Origin: Eledone cirrhosa | Taxonomy: Eukaryota | Length of the DNA stretch: 64,000 bases | Direction of reading: 5' to 3' | Assembly: GCA_964016885.1 (NCBI GenBank) | Contig: OZ024740.1 | Span: 431,396,001-431,460,000 of the forward strand | Part shown: one piece after another, positions 22,201 to 37,200 of the stretch | Position numbering within the stretch: position 1 is the first letter of the stretch | How the letters are laid out: the number at the start of each line of letters is the position of its first letter | Made by a program: the position numbers and the translations under genes | Notes under the pieces: generated by a model | What the model saw: the letters and a program-made list of their open reading frames with translations, nothing else | What the model was told of the DNA's origin: nothing | Database searches by the model: none

Positions 22201-25200
22201 CCCAGGAGTAGGTTGTGATGTTGAACTCTGTTAAAGACATCCCAGAAGTAGGATGTGGTGTTGAACTCTGTTAAAGACACCCCAGAAGTAGGTTGTGGTG
22301 TTGAACTCTGTTAAAGACATCCCAGGAGTAGGCTGTGGTGGTGAACTTTGTTAAAGACATCCCAGGAGTAGGTTATGGTATTGAACTCTGTTAAAGACAT
22401 CCCTAAGGTAGGTTGTGGTGTTGAACTCTGTTAAAGACATCACAGGAGTAGGTTGTGGTGTTGAACTCTGTTAAAGACATCCTAGAAGTAGGTTGTGTTA
22501 TTGAACTCTGTTAAAGACATCGCAGGAGTAGGTTGTGGTATTGAACTCTGTTAAAGACATCCCATTAGTAGGTTGTGGTGTTGAACTCTGTTAAAGACAT
22601 CCCATTAGTAGGTTGTGGTGTTGAACTCTGTTAAAGACATCACAGGAGTAGGTTGTGGTGTTGAACTCTGTTAAAGACATCCTAGAAGTAGGTTGTGTTA
22701 TTGAATTCTGTTAACGATATCCCAGGACTAGGTTGTGGTGTTGAACTCTGCTAAAGAGATCCCAGAAGTAGGTTGTGGTGTTGAACTCTGTTAAAGACAT
22801 CCCAGGAGTAGGTTGTTGTGTTGAACTTTGTTAAAGAGATCCCAGCAGTAGGTTGTGGTGTTGAACTCTGTTAAAGACATCCCAGAAGTAGGTTGTGGTG
22901 TTGAACTTTGTTAAAGAGATCCCAGAAGTAGCTTGTGGTGTTGAACTTTGTTAAAGAGATCCCAGAAGTAGGTTGTGGTGTTGAACTCTGTTAAAGACAT
23001 CCCAGAAGTAGGTTGTGGTGTTGAACTTTGTTAAAGAGATCCGAGAAGTAGGTTGTGGTATTGAACTTTGGTAAAGAGATCCCAGAAGTAGGTTGTGGTG
23101 TTGAACTTTGTTAAAGAGATCCCAAAAGTAGGTTGTGGTGTTGAACTCTGTTAAAGACATCCCAGAACTAGGTTGTGGTGTTGAACTTTTTAAAGACATC
23201 CCAGGAGTAGGTTGTGGTGTTGAACTCTGTTAAAGACATTCCAGAAGTAGGTTGTAGTGTTGAACTCTGTTAAAGACATCCCAGAGGTAGGTTGTGGTGT
23301 TGAACTTTGTTAAAGACATCCAAGAAGTAGGTTGTGGTGTTGAACTCTGTTAAAGACATCCCAGGAGTAGGTTGTGGTATTGAACTCTGTTAAAGACATC
23401 CCAAAAGTAGGTTGTGGTGTTGAACTTTGTTAAAGACATCCCAGGAGTAGGTTGTGGTATTGAACTCTGTTAAAGACATCCCAGAAGTAGGTTGTGGTGT
23501 TGAACTCTGTTAAAGACATCTCAGTTGTAGGTTGTGGTATTGAACTCTGTTAACGACATCCCAGGACTAGGTTGGGGTGTTGAACTCTGTTAAAGACATC
23601 CCAGAAGTAGGTTGTGGTGTTGAACTCTGTTAAAGACATCCCAGAAGTAGGTTGTGGTGTTGAACTCTGTTATAGACATCCCAAAAGTAGGTTGTGGAGT
23701 TGAACTTTGTTCAAGACATCCCAGAAGTAGGTTGTGGTGTTGAACTCTGTTAAAGACATCCCAGAAGTAGGTTGTGGTGTTGAACTCTGTTAAAGACATC
23801 CCAGGAGTAGGTTGTGGTATTGAACTCTGTTAAAGACATCCCAGAAGTAGGTTGTGGTATTGAACTCTGTTAAAGACATCCCAGGAGAAGATTGTGGTGT
23901 TGAACTCCGTTGAAGACATCCCAAAGGTAGGCTGTGGTGTTGAACACTGTTAAAGACATCTCAGAAGTAGGCTGTGGTGTTGAACTCTGTTAAAGACATC
24001 CCAGAAGTAGGTTGTGGTGTTAAACTCTGTTAAAGACATCCCAGAAGTAGGTTGTGGTGTTGAACTCTGTTAAAGACATCCCAGGAGTAGGTTGTGGTAT
24101 TGAACTCTGTTAAAGACATCCCAGAAGTAGGTTGTGGTGTTGAACTCTGTTAAAGACATCCCAGGAGTAGGTTGTGGTGTTGAACTCTGTTAAAGACATC
24201 CCAGAAGTAGGTTGTGGTATTGAACTCTGTTAAAGACATCCCAGAAGTAGGTTGTGGTGTTGAACTCTGTTAAAGACCTCCCAGGAGTAGTTTGTGGTGT
24301 TGAACTCTGTTAAAGACATCCCAGGAGTAGGTTGTGGTATTGAACTCTGTTAAAGACATCCCAGCAGTAGGTTGTGGTATTTAACTCTGTTAAAGACATC
24401 CCAGGAGTAGGCTGTGGTGTTTAACTTTGTTAAAGACATCCCAGGAGTAGGTTGTGGTATTGAACTCTGTTAAAGACATCCCTAAGGTAGGTTGTGGTGT
24501 TGAACTCTGTTAAAGACATCTCAGGTGTAAGTTGTGGAGTTGAACTCTGTTAAAAACATCCCAGGAGTAGGTTGTGGTATTGAACTCTGTTAAAGACATC
24601 CCAGGAGTAGGTTTTGGTGGTGAACTCTGTTAAAGACATCCCAGGAGTAGGTTGTTGTATTGAACTCTGTTAAAGGCATCCCAGGAGTAGGTTGTGGTGT
24701 TGAACTCTGTTAAAGACATCCCAGAAGTAGGTTGTGGTGTTGAACTCTGTTAAAGACATCCCAGGAGTAGGTTGAGGTATTGAACTCTGTTAAAGAAATC
24801 CCAGGAGTAGGTTGTGGTATTGAACACTGTTAAAGACATATCAGAAGTAGGTTGTGGTGTTGAACTCTGTTAAAGACATCTCAGAAGTAGGTTGTGGTGT
24901 TGAACTCTGTTAAAGACATCCCAGGAGTAGGTTGTGGTATTGAACTCTGTTAAAGACATCCCAGCAGTAGGTTGTGGTATTTAACTCTGTTAAAAACATC
25001 CCAGGAGTAGGCTGTGGTGTTGAACTTTGTTAAAGACATCCCAGGAGTAGGTTGTGGTATTGAACTCTGTTAAAGACATCCCTAAGGTAGGTTGTGGTGT
25101 TGAACTCTGTTAAAGACATCCCAGAAGTAGGCTGTGGTGTTGAACTCTGTTAAAGACATCCCAGAAGTAGGTTGTGGTGTTGAACTCTGTTAAAGACATC

Positions 25201-28200
25201 CCAGAAGTAGGTTGTGGTGTTGAACTCTGTTAAAGACATCCCAGGAGTAGGTTGTGGAGTTGAACTTTGTTAACGACATCCCAGAAGTAGGTTGTGGTAT
25301 TGAACTCTGTTTAAGACATCCCAGGAGAAGATTGTGGTGTTGAACTCTGTTGAAGACATCCCAAAAGTAGGTTGTGGAGTTGAACTTTGTTAAAGACATC
25401 CCAGAAGTAGGTTGTGGTGTTGAACTCTGTTATAGACATCCCAGAAGTAGGTTGTGGTGTTGAACTCTGTTAAAGACATCCCAGAAGTAGGTTGTGGTGT
25501 TGAACTCTGTTATAGACATCCCAAAAGTAGGTTGTGGAGTTGAACTCTGTTAAAGAAATCCCAGGAGTAGGTTGTGGTATTGAACACTGTTAAAGACATA
25601 TCAGAAGTAGGTTGTGGTGTTGAACTCTGTTAAAGACATCCCAGAGGTAGGTGGTGGTGTTGAACTCCGTTAAAGACATCTCAGGAGTAGGTTGTGGTAT
25701 TGAACTCTATGAAAGACATCCTAGAAGTAGGTTGTGATATTGAACTCTGTTAAAGACATCCCAGGAGTAGGTTGTGGTGTTGAACTCTGTTAAAGACATC
25801 TCAGGAGTAGGTTGTGGTGTTGAACTCTGTTAAAGACATCTCAGGAGTAGGTTGTCGTGGTGAACTCTGTTAAAGACATCCCAGAAGTAGTTTGTGGTGT
25901 TGAACTCTGTTAAAGACATCCCAGGAGTAGGTTGTGGTGTTGAACTCTGTTAAAGACATCCCAGGAGTAGGTTGTGGTGTTGAACTCTGTTAAAGACATC
26001 TCAGGAGTAGGTTGTGGTGGTGAACTCTGTTAAAGACATCCCAGGAGTAGGTTGTGGTATTGAACTCTGTTAAAGACATCCCAGGAGTAGGTTGTGGTGT
26101 TGAACTGTGTTAAAGATATCCCAGGAGTAGGTTGTGATGTTGAACTCTGTTAAAGACATCCCAGAAGTAGGATGTGGTGTTGAACTCTGTTAAAGACACC
26201 CCAGAAGTAGGTTGTGGTGTTGAACTCTGTTAAAGACATCCCAGGAGTAGGCTGTGGTGGTGAACTTTGTTAAAGACATCCCAGGAGTAGGTTATGGTAT
26301 TGAACTCTGTTAAAGACATCCCATTAGTAGGTTGTGGTGTTGAACTCTGTTAAAGACATCACAGGAGTAGGTTGTGGTGTTGAACTCTGTTAAAGACATC
26401 CTAGAAGTAGGTTGTGTTATTGAATTCTGTTAAAGACATCCCAGGAGTAGGTTGTGGTATTGAACTCTGTTAAAGACATCCCAGAAGTAGGTTGTGGTAT
26501 TGAACTCTGTTAAAGACATCCCAGGAGTAGGTTGTGGTATTGAACTCTGTTAACGACATCCCAGGACTAGGTTGTGGTGTTGAACTCTGTTAAAGAGATC
26601 CCAGAAGTAGGTTGTGGTGTTGAACTCTGTTAAAGACATCCCAGGAGTAGGTTGTTGTGTTGAACTTTGTTAAAGAGATCCCAGCAGTAGGTTGTGGTGT
26701 TGAACTCTGTTAAAGACATCCCAGAAGTAGGTTGTGGTGTTGAACTTTGTTAAAGAGATCCCAGAAGTAGCTTGTGGTGTTGAACTTTGTAAAAGAGATC
26801 CCAGAAGTAGGTTGTGGTGTTGAACTCTGTTAAAGACATCCCAGAAGTAGGTTGTGGTGTTGAACTTTGTTAAAGAGATCCGAGAAGTAGGTTGTGGTAT
26901 TGAACTTTGGTAAAGAGATCCCAGAAGTAGGTTGTGGTGTTGAACTTTGTTAAAGAGATCCCAAAAGTAGGTTGTGGTGTTGAACTCTGTTAAAGACATC
27001 CCAGAACTAGGTTGTGGTGTTGAACTTTTTAAAGACATCCCAGGAGTAGGTTGTGGTGTTGAACTCTGTTAAAGACATTCCAGAAGTAGGTTGTAGTGTT
27101 GAACTCTGTTAAAGACATCCCAGAGGTAGGTTGTGGTGTTGAACTTTGTTAAAGACATCCAAGAAGTAGGTTGTGGTGTTGAACTCTGTTAAAGACATCC
27201 CAGGAGTAGGTTGTGGTATTGAACTCTGTTAAAGACATCCCAAAAGTAGGTTGTGGTGTTGAACTTTGTTAAAGACATCCCAGGAGTAGGTTGTGGTATT
27301 GAACTCTGTAAAAGACATCCCAGAAGTAGGTTGTGGTGTTGAACTCTGTTAAAGACATCTCAGGTGTAGGTTGTGGTATTGAACTCTGTTAAAGACATCC
27401 CAGAAGTAGGTTGTGGTGTTTAACTCTGTTAAAGACATCTCAGTTGTAGGTTGTGGTATTGAACTCTGTTAACGACATCCCAGGACTAGGTTGGGGTGTT
27501 GAACTCTGTTAAAGAGATCCCAGAAGTAGGTTGTGGTGTTGAACTTTGTTAAAGAGATCCCAGAAGTAGGTTGTGGTATTGAACTTTGTTAAAGAGATCC
27601 CAGAAGTAGGTTGTGGTGTTGAACTCTGTTAAAGACATCCCAGGCGTAGGTTGTGGTTTTGAACTCTGTTAAAGACATCTCAGAAGTAGGTCGTGGTATT
27701 GAACTCTTATTATAGACATCCTACTAGTAGGTTGTGGTGTTGAACTCTGTTAAAGACATCCCAGGAGTAGGCTGTGGTGTTGAACTCTGTTAAAGACATC
27801 CCAGGAGTAGGTTGTGGTATTGAACTCTGTTAAAGACATCCCAGCAGTAGGTTGTGGTATTTAACTCTGTTAAAGACATCCCAGGAGTAGGCTGTGGTGT
27901 TGAACTTTGTTAAAGACATCCCAGGAGTAGGTTGTGGTATTGAACTCTGTTAAAGACATCCCTAAGGTAGGTTGTGGTGTTGAACTCTGTTAAAGACATC
28001 TCAGGTGTAAGTTGTGGAGTTGAACTCTGTTAAAAACATCCCAGCAGTAGGTTGAGGTATTGAACTCTGTTAAAGACATCCCAGGAGTAGGTTTTGGTGG
28101 TGAACTCTGTTAAAGACATCCCATTAGTAGGTTGTGGTGTTGAACTCTGTTAAAGACATCCCAGAAGTAGGTTGTGGTGTTGATCTCTGTTAAAGACATC

Positions 28201-31200
28201 CCAGAAGTAGGTTGTGGAGTAGAACTCTGTTAAAGACATCCCAGAAGTAGGTTGTGGTATTGAACTCTGTTAAAGACATCCCAGGAGTAGGTTTTGGTGG
28301 TGAACTCTGTTAAAGACATCCCAGGTGTAGGTTGTTGTATTGAACTCTGTTAAAGGCATCCCAGGAGTAGGTTGTGGTGTTGAACTCTGTTAAAGACATC
28401 CCAGAAGTAGGTTGTGGTGTTGAACTCTGTTAAAGACATCCCAGGAGTAGGTTGAGGTATTGAACTCTGTTAAAGAAATCCCAGGAGTAGGTTGTGGTAT
28501 TGAACACTGTTAAAGACATATCAGAAGTAGGTTGTGGTGTTGAACTCTGTTAAAGACATCCCAGAGGTAGGTGGTGGTGTTGAACTCCGCTAAAGACATC
28601 TCAGGAGTAGGTTGTGGTATTGAACTCTATGAAAGACATCCTAGAAGTAGGTTGTGATATTGAACTCTGTTAAAGACATCCCAGGAGTAGGTTGTGGTGT
28701 TGAACTCTGTTAAAGACATCTCAGGAGTAGGTTGTGGTGTTGAACTCTGTTAAAGACATCTCAGGAGTAGGTTGTCGTGGTGAACTCTGTTAAAGACATC
28801 CCAGAAGTAGTTTGTGGTGTTGAACTCTGTTAAAGACATCCCAGGAGTAGGTTGTGGTGTTGAACTCTGTTAAAGACATCCCAGGAGTAGGTTGTGGTGT
28901 TGAACTCTGTTATAGACATCTCAGGAGTAGGTTGTGGTGGTGAACTCTGATAAAGACATCCCAGGAGTAGGTTGTGGTATTGAACTCTGTTAAAGACATC
29001 CCAGGAGTAGGTTGTGGTGTTGAACTCTGTTAAAGACATCCCAGAAGTAGGTTGTGGTGTTGAACTGTGTTAAAGATATCCCAGGAGTAGGTTGTGATGT
29101 TGAACTCTGTTAAAGACATCCCAGAAGTAGGATGTGGTGTTGAACTCTGTTAAAGACACCCCAGAAGTAGGTTGTGGTGTTGAACTCTGTTAAAGACATC
29201 CCAGGAGTAGGCTGTGGTGTTGAACTTTGTTAAAGACATCCCAGGAGTAGGTTATGGTATTGAACTCTGTTAAAGACATCCCTAAGGTAGGTTGTGGTGT
29301 TGAACTCCGTTAAAGACATCTCAGGTGTAAGTTGTGGAGTTGAACTCTGTTAAAAACATCCCCGGAGTAGGTTGTGGTATTGAACTCTGTTAAAGACATC
29401 CTAGAAGTAGGTTGTGGTGTTGAACTCCGTTAAAGACATCCCAGAAGTAGGTGTGGTGTTGAACTCTCTTAAAGACATCCCAGGCGTAGGTTGTGGTGTT
29501 GAACTCTGTTAAAGACATCTCAGAAGTAGGTCGTGGTATTGAACTCTTATTATAGACATCCTACGAGTAGGTTGTGGTGTTGAACTCTTTTAAAGACATC
29601 CCAGGAGTAGGTTGTGGTGTTGAACTCTGTTAAAGACATCCTAGAAGTAGGTTGTGTTATTGAACTCTGTTAAAGACATCTCAGAAGTAGGTCATGGTAT
29701 TGAACTCTTATTATAGACATCCTACTAGTAGGTTGTGGTGTTGAACTCTGTTAAAGACATCCCAGGAGTAGGTTGTGGTATTGAACTCTGTTAAAGACAT
29801 CTCAGCAGTAGGTTGTGGTATTTAACTTTGTTAAAGACATCCCAGGAGTAGGTTGTGGTATTGAACTCTGTTAAAGACATCCCTAAGGTAGGTTGTGGTG
29901 TTGAACTCTGTTAAAGACATCTCAGGTGTAAGTTGTGGAGTTGAACTCTGTTAAAAACATCCCAGCAGTAGGTTGAGGTATTGAACTCTGTTAAAGACAT
30001 CCCAGGAGTAGGTTTTGGTGGTGAACTCTGTTAAAGACATCCCATTAGTAGGTTGTGGTGTTGAACTCTGTTAAAGACATCCCAGAAGTAGGTTGTGGTG
30101 TTGATCTCTGTTAAAGACATCCCAGAAGTAGGTTGTGGAGTAGAACTCTGTTAAAGACATCCCAGATGTAGGTTGTGGTATTGAACACTGTTAAAGACAT
30201 CCCAGGAGTAGGTTTTGGTGGTGAACTCTGTTAAAGACATCCCAGGTGTAGGTTGTTGTATTGAACTCTGTTAAAGGCATCCCAGGAGTAGGTTGTGGTG
30301 TTGAACTCTGTTAAAGACATCCCAGAAGTAGGTTGTGGTATTGAACTCTGTTAAAGACATCCCAGAAGTAGGTTGTGGTGTTGAACTGTGTTAAAGATAT
30401 CCCAGGAGTAGGTTGTGATGTTGAACTCTGTTAAAGACATCCCAGAAGTAGGATGTGGTGTTGAACTCTGTTAAAGACACCCCAGAAGTAGGTTGTGGTG
30501 TTGAACTCTGTTAAAGACATCCCAGGAGTAGGCTGTGGTGTTGAACTTTGTTAAAGACATCCCAGGAGTAGGTTATGGTATTGAACTCTGTTAAAGACAT
30601 CCCTAAGGTAGGTTGTGGTGTTGAACTCTGTTAAAGACATCCCAGGCGTAGGTTGTGGTGTTGAACCCTGTTAAAGACATCTCAGAAGTAGGTCGTGGTA
30701 TTGAACTCTTATTATAGACATCCTACGAGTAGGTTGTGGTGTTGAACTCTGTTAAAGACATCCCAGGAGTAGGTTGTGGTATTGAACTCTGTTAAAGACA
30801 TCCCAGAAGTAGGTTGTGGTGTTGAACTCTCTTAAAGTCATCCCAGAAGTAGGTTGTAGTATTGAACTCTGTTAAAGACATCCCAAGAGTAGGTTGTGGT
30901 CTTGAACTTTGTTAAAGTGATCCCAGAAGTAGGTTGTGGTGTTGAACTCTGTTAAAGACATCCCAGGCGTAGGTTGTGGTTTTGAACTCTGTTAAAGACA
31001 TCTCAGAAGTAGGTCGTGGTATTGAACTCTTATTATAGACATCCTACGAGTAGGTTGTGGTGTTGAACTCTTTTAAAGACATCCCAGGAGCAGGCTGTGG
31101 TGTTGAACTTTGTTAAAGACATCCCTAAGGTAGGTTGTGGTGTTGAACTATGTTAAAGACATCTCAGGTGTAAGTTGTGGAGTTGAACTCTGTTAAAAAC

Positions 31201-34200
31201 ATCCCAGAAGTAGGTTGTGGTGTTGAACTGTGTTAAAGATATCCCAGGAGTAGGTTGTGATGTTGTACTCTGTTAAAGACATCCCAGAAGTAGGTTGTGG
31301 TGTTGAACTCTGTTAAAGACATCCCAGAAGTAGGTTGTGGTGTTGAACTCTGTTAAAGACATCCCAGGAGTAGGTTGAGGTATTGAACTCTGTTAAAGAA
31401 ATCCCAGGAGTAGGTTGTGGTATTGAACACTGTTAAAGACATATCAGAAGTAGGTTGTGGTGTTGAACTCTGTTAAAGACATCCCAGAGGTAGGTGGTGG
31501 TGTTGAACTCCGTTAAAGACATCTCAGGAGTAGGTTGTGGTATTGAACTCTATGAAAGACATCCTAGAAGTAGGTTGTGATATTGAACTCTGTTAAAGAC
31601 ATCCCAGGAGTAGGTTGTGGTGTTGAACTCTATTAAAGACATCTCAGGAGTAGGTTGTGGTGTTGAACTCTGTTAAAGACATCTCAGGAGTAGGTTGTCG
31701 TGGTGAACTCTGTTAAAGACATCCCAGAAGTAGTTTGTGGTGTTGAACTCTGTTAAAGTCATCCCAGGAGTAGGTTGTGGTGTTGAACTCTGTTAAAGAC
31801 ATCTCAGAAGTAGGTCGTGGTATTGAACTCTTATTATAGACATCCTACGAGTAGGTTGTGGTGTTGAACTCTTTTAAAGACATCCCAGGAGTAGGTTGTG
31901 GTGTTGAACTCTGTTAAAGACATCCTAGAAGTAGGTTGTGTTATTGAACTCTGTTAAAGACATCTCAGAAGTAGGTCGTGGTATTGAACTCTTATTATAG
32001 ACATTCTACTAGTAGGTTGTGGTGTTGAACTCTGTTAAAGACATCCCAGGAGTAGGCTGTGGTGTTGAACTCTGTTAAAGACATCCCAGGAGTAGGTTGT
32101 GGTATTGAACTCTGTTAAAGACATCTCAGCAGTAGGTTGTGGTATTTAACTTTGTTAAAGACATCCCAGGAGTAGGTTGTGGTATTGAACTCTGTTAAAG
32201 ACATCCCTAAGGTAGGTTGTGGTGTTGAACTCTGTTAAAGACATCTCAGGTGTAAGTTGTGGAGTTGAACTCTGTTAAAAACATCCCAGCAGTAGGTTGA
32301 GGTATTGAACTCTGTTAAAGACATCCCAGGAGTAGGTTTTGGTGGTGAACTCTGTTAAAGACATCCCATTAGTAGGTTGTGGTGTTGAACTCTGTTAAAG
32401 ACATCCCAGAAGTAGGTTGTGGTGTTGATCTCTGTTAAAGACATCCCAGAAGTAGGTTGTGGAGTAGAACTCTGTTAAAAACATCCCAGATGTAGGTTGT
32501 GGTATTGAACACTGTTAAAGACATCCCAGGAGTAGGTTTTGGTGGTGAACTCTGTTAAAGACATCCCAGGTGTAGGTTGTTGTATTGAACTCTGTTAAAG
32601 GCATCCCAGGAGTAGGTTGTGGTGTTGAACTCTGTTATAGACATCTCAGGAGTAGGTTGTGGTGGTGAACTCTGTTAAAGACATCCCAGGAGTAGGTTGT
32701 GGTATTGAACTCTGTTAAAGACATCCCAGGAGTAGGTTGTGGTGTTGAACTCTGTTAAAGACATCCCAGGAGTAGGTTGTGGTGTTGAACTCTGTTATAG
32801 ACATCTCAGGAGTAGGTTGTGGTGGTGAACTCTGTTAAAGACATCCCAGGAGTAGGTTGTGGTATTGAACTCTGTTAAAGACATCCCAGGAGTAGGTTGT
32901 GGTGTTGAACTCTGTTAAAGACATCCCAGGAGTAGGTTGTGGTGTTGAACTCTGTTATAGACATCTCAGGAGTAGGTTGTGGTGGTGAACTCTGTTAAAG
33001 ACATCCCAGGAGTAGGTTGTGGTATTGAACTCTGTTAAAGACATCCCAGGAGTAGGTTGTGGTGTTGAACTCTGTTAAAGACATCCCAGAAGTAGGTTGT
33101 GGTGTTGAACTGTGTTAAAGATATTCCAGGAGTAGGTTGTGATGTTGAACTCTGTTAAAGACATCCCAGAAGTAGGATGTGGTGTTGAACTCTGTTAAAG
33201 ACACCCCAGAAGTAGGTTGTGGTGTTGAACTCTGTTAAAGACATCCCAGGAGTAGGCTGTGGTGGTGAACTTTGTTAAAGACATCCCAGGAGTAGGTTAT
33301 GGTATTGAACTCTGTTAAAGACATCCCTAAGGTAGGTTGTGGTGTTGAACCCTGTTAAAGACATCTCAGAAGTAGGTTGTGGTGTTGAACTCTCTTAAAG
33401 TCATCCCAGAAGTAGGTTGTAGTGTTGAACTCTGTTAAAGACATCCCAAGAGTAGGTTGTGGTCTTGAACTTTGTTAAAGTGATCCCAGAAGTAGGTTGT
33501 GGTGTTGAACTCTGTTAAAGACATCCCAGGCGTAGGTTGTGGTTTTGAACTCTGTTAAAGACATCTCAGAAGTAGGTCGTGGTATTGAACTCTTATTATA
33601 GACATCCTACGAGTAGGTTGTGGTGTTGAACTCTTTTAAAGACATCCCAGGAGCAGGCTGTGGTGTTGAACTTTGTTAAAGACATCCCTAAGGTAGGTTG
33701 TGGTGTTGAACTCTGTTAAAGACATCTCAGGTATAAGTTGTGGAGTTGAACTCTGTTAAAAACATCCCAGAAGTAGGTTGTGGTGTTGAACTGTGTTAAA
33801 GATATCCCAGGAGTAGGTTGTGATGTTGTACTCTGTTAAAGACATCCCAGAAGTAGGTTGTGGTGTTGAACTCTGTTAAAGACATCCCAGGAGTAGGTTG
33901 AGGTATTGAACTCTGTTAAAGAAATCCCAGGAGTAGGTTGTGGTATTGAACACTGTTAAAGACATATCAGAAGTAGGTTGTGGTGTTGAACTCTGTTAAA
34001 GACATCCCAGAGGGAGGTGGTGGTGTTGAACTCCGTTAAAGACATCTCAGGAGTAGGTTGTGGTATTGAACTCTATGAAAGACATCCTAGAAGTAGGTTG
34101 TGATATTGAACTCTGTTAAAGACATCTCAGGAGTAGGTTGTCGTGGTGAACTCTGTTAAAGACATCCCAGAAGTAGTTTGTGGTGTTGAACTCTGTTAAA

Positions 34201-37200
34201 GTCATCCCAGGAGTAGGTTGTGGTGTTGAACTCTGTAAAAGACATCTCAGGAGTAGGTTGTGGTGCTGAACTCTGTTAAAGACATCCCAGGAGTAGGCTG
34301 TGGTGTTGAACTTTGTTAAAGACATCCCAGGAGTAGGTTATGGTATTGAACTCTGTTAAAGACATCCCTAAGGTAGGTTGTGGTGTTGAACTCTGTTAAA
34401 GACATCTCAGGTGTAAGTTGTGGAGTTGAACTCTGTTAAAAACATCCCCGGAGTAGTTGTGGTATTGAACTCTGTTAAAGACATCCTAGAAGTAGGTTGT
34501 GGTGTTGAACTCCGTTAAAGACATCCCAGAAGTAGGTGTGGTGTTGAACTCTCTTAAAGGCATCCCAGGCGTAGGTTGTGGTGTTGAACCCTGTTAAAGA
34601 CATCTCAGAAGTAGGTCGAGGTATTGAACTCTTATTATAGACATCCTACGAGTAGGTTGTGGTGTTGAACTCTGTTAAAGACATCCCAGGAGTAGGTTGT
34701 GGTGTTGAACTCTGTTAAAGACATCCTAGAAGTAGGTTGCGTTATTGAACTCTGTTAAAGACATCGCAGGAGTAGGTTGTGGTATTGAACTCTGTTAAAG
34801 ACATCCCATTAGTAGGTTGTGGTGTTGAACTCTGTTAAAGACATCCCAGGCATAGGTTGTGGTGTTGAACTCTGTTAAAGACATCCTAGAAGTAGGTTGT
34901 GTTATTGAACTCTGTTAAAGACATCGCAGGAGTAGGTTGTGGTATTGAACTCTGTTAAAGACATCCCATTAGTAGGTTGTGGTGTTGAACTCTGTTAAAG
35001 ACATCCCATTAGTAGGTTGTGGGGTTGAACTCTGTTAAAGACATCCCAGAAGTAGGTTGTGGAGTAGAACTCTGTTAAAGACATCCTAGAAGTAGGTTGT
35101 GTTATTGAATTCTGTTAAAGACATCCCAGGAGTAGGTTGTGGTATTGAACTCTGTTAAAGACATCCAAGGAGTAGCTTGTGGTGTTGAACTCTGTTAAAG
35201 ACATCCCAGAAGTAGGTTGTGGTGTTGAACTCTGTTAAATACATTCCAGCAGTAGGTTGTGGTGTTGAACTCTGTTAAAGACATCCCAGAAGTAGGTTGT
35301 GGTATTGAACTCTGTTAAAGACATCCCAGGAGTAGGTTGTGGTATTGAACTCTGTTAACGACATCCCAGGACTAGGTTGTGGTGTTGAACTCTGTTAAAG
35401 AGATCCCAGAAGTAGGTTGTGGTGTTGAACTCTGTTAATGACATCCCAGGAGTAGGTTGTGGTGTTGAACTTTGTTAAAGAGATCCCAGCAGTAGGTTGT
35501 GGTGTTGAACTCTGTTAAAGACATCCCAGAAGTAGGTTGTGGTGTTGAACTCTGTTAAAGACATCCCAGAAGTAGGTTGTGGTATTGAACTCTGTTAAAG
35601 ACATCCCAGGAGTAGGTTGTGGTGTTGAACTCTGTTAAAGACATCCCAGGAGTAGGTTGTGGTGTTGAACTCTGTTAAAGACATCCCAGGAGTAGGTTGT
35701 GGTGTTGAACTCTGTTAAAGACTTCCCAGAAGTAGGTTGTTGTATTGAACTCTGTTAAAGACATCCCAGAAGTAGGTTGTGGTGCTGAACTCTGTTATAG
35801 ACATCCCAGAAGTAGGTTGTGGTTTTGAACTCGGTTATAGACATCCCAGAAGTAGGTTGTGGTGTTGAACTCTGTTAAAGACATCCCAGAAGTAGGTTGT
35901 GGTGTTGAACTCTGTTAAAGAAATCTCAGGAGTAGGTTGTGGTGTTGAACTCTGTTAAAGACATTCGAGAGGTAGATTGTGGTGTTGAACTTTGTTAAAG
36001 AAATCCCAGAAGTAGGTTGGGGTATTGAACTCTGTTAAAGACATCCCAGGAGTAGGTTGTGGTATTGAACTCTGTTAAAGACATCCCAGAAGTAGGTTGT
36101 GGTGTTGAACTCTCTTAAAGACATCCCCAAAACAGGTTGTGGTGTTGAACTCTGTTAAAGACATCCCAGAAGTAGGTTGTAGTGTTGAACTCTGTTAAAG
36201 ACATACCAAGAGTAGGTTGTGGTCTTGAACTTTGTTAAAGTGATCCCAGAAGTAGGTTGTGGTGTTGAACTCTGTTAAAGACATCCCAGGCGTAGGTTGT
36301 GGTTTTGAACTCTGTTAAAGACATCTCAGAAGTAGGTCGTGGTATTGAACTGTTATTATAGACATCCTACGAGTAGGCTGTGGTGTTGAACTCTTTTAAA
36401 GACATCCCAGGAGCAGGCTGTGGTGTTGAACTTTGTTAAAGACATCCCTAAGGTAGGTTGTGGTGTTGAACTCTGTTAAAGACATCTCAGGTGTAAGTTG
36501 TGGAGTTGAACTCTGTTAAAAACATCCCAGAAGTAGGTTGTGGTGTTGAACTGTGTTAAAGATATCCCATGAGTAGGTTGTGATGTTGTACTCTGTTAAA
36601 GACATCCCAGAAGTAGGATCTGGTGTTGAACTCTGTTAAAGACATCCCAGGAGTAGGTTGCGGTGTTGAACTTTGTTAAAGATATCTCAGGAGTAGGTTG
36701 TGGTGGTGAACTCTGTTAAAGACATCCCAGGTGTAGGTTGTGGTATTGAACTCTGTTAAAGACATCCCAGGAGTAGGTTGTGGTGTTGAACTCTGTTAAA
36801 GACATCCCAGGAGTAGGTTGTGGTGTTGAACTGTGTTAAAGATATCCCAGGAGTAGGTTGTGATGTTGAACTCTGTTAAAGACATCCCAGGAGTAGGTTG
36901 TGTTGTTGAACTCTGTTAAAGACATCCCAGAAGTAGGTTATGGTGTTGAACCATGTTAAAGGCATCCCAGGAGTAGGTTGTGGTGTTGAACTCTGTTAAA
37001 GACATCCCAGAAGTAGGATGTGGTGTTGAACTCTGTTAAAGACACCCCAGAAGTAGGTTGTGGTGTTGAACTCTGTTAAAGACATCCCAGGAGTAGGCTG
37101 TGGTGTTGAACTTTGTTAAAGACATCCCAGGAGTAGGTTATGGTATTGAACTCTGTTAAAGACATCCTAGAAGTAGGTTGTGGTCTTGAACTCTGTTAAA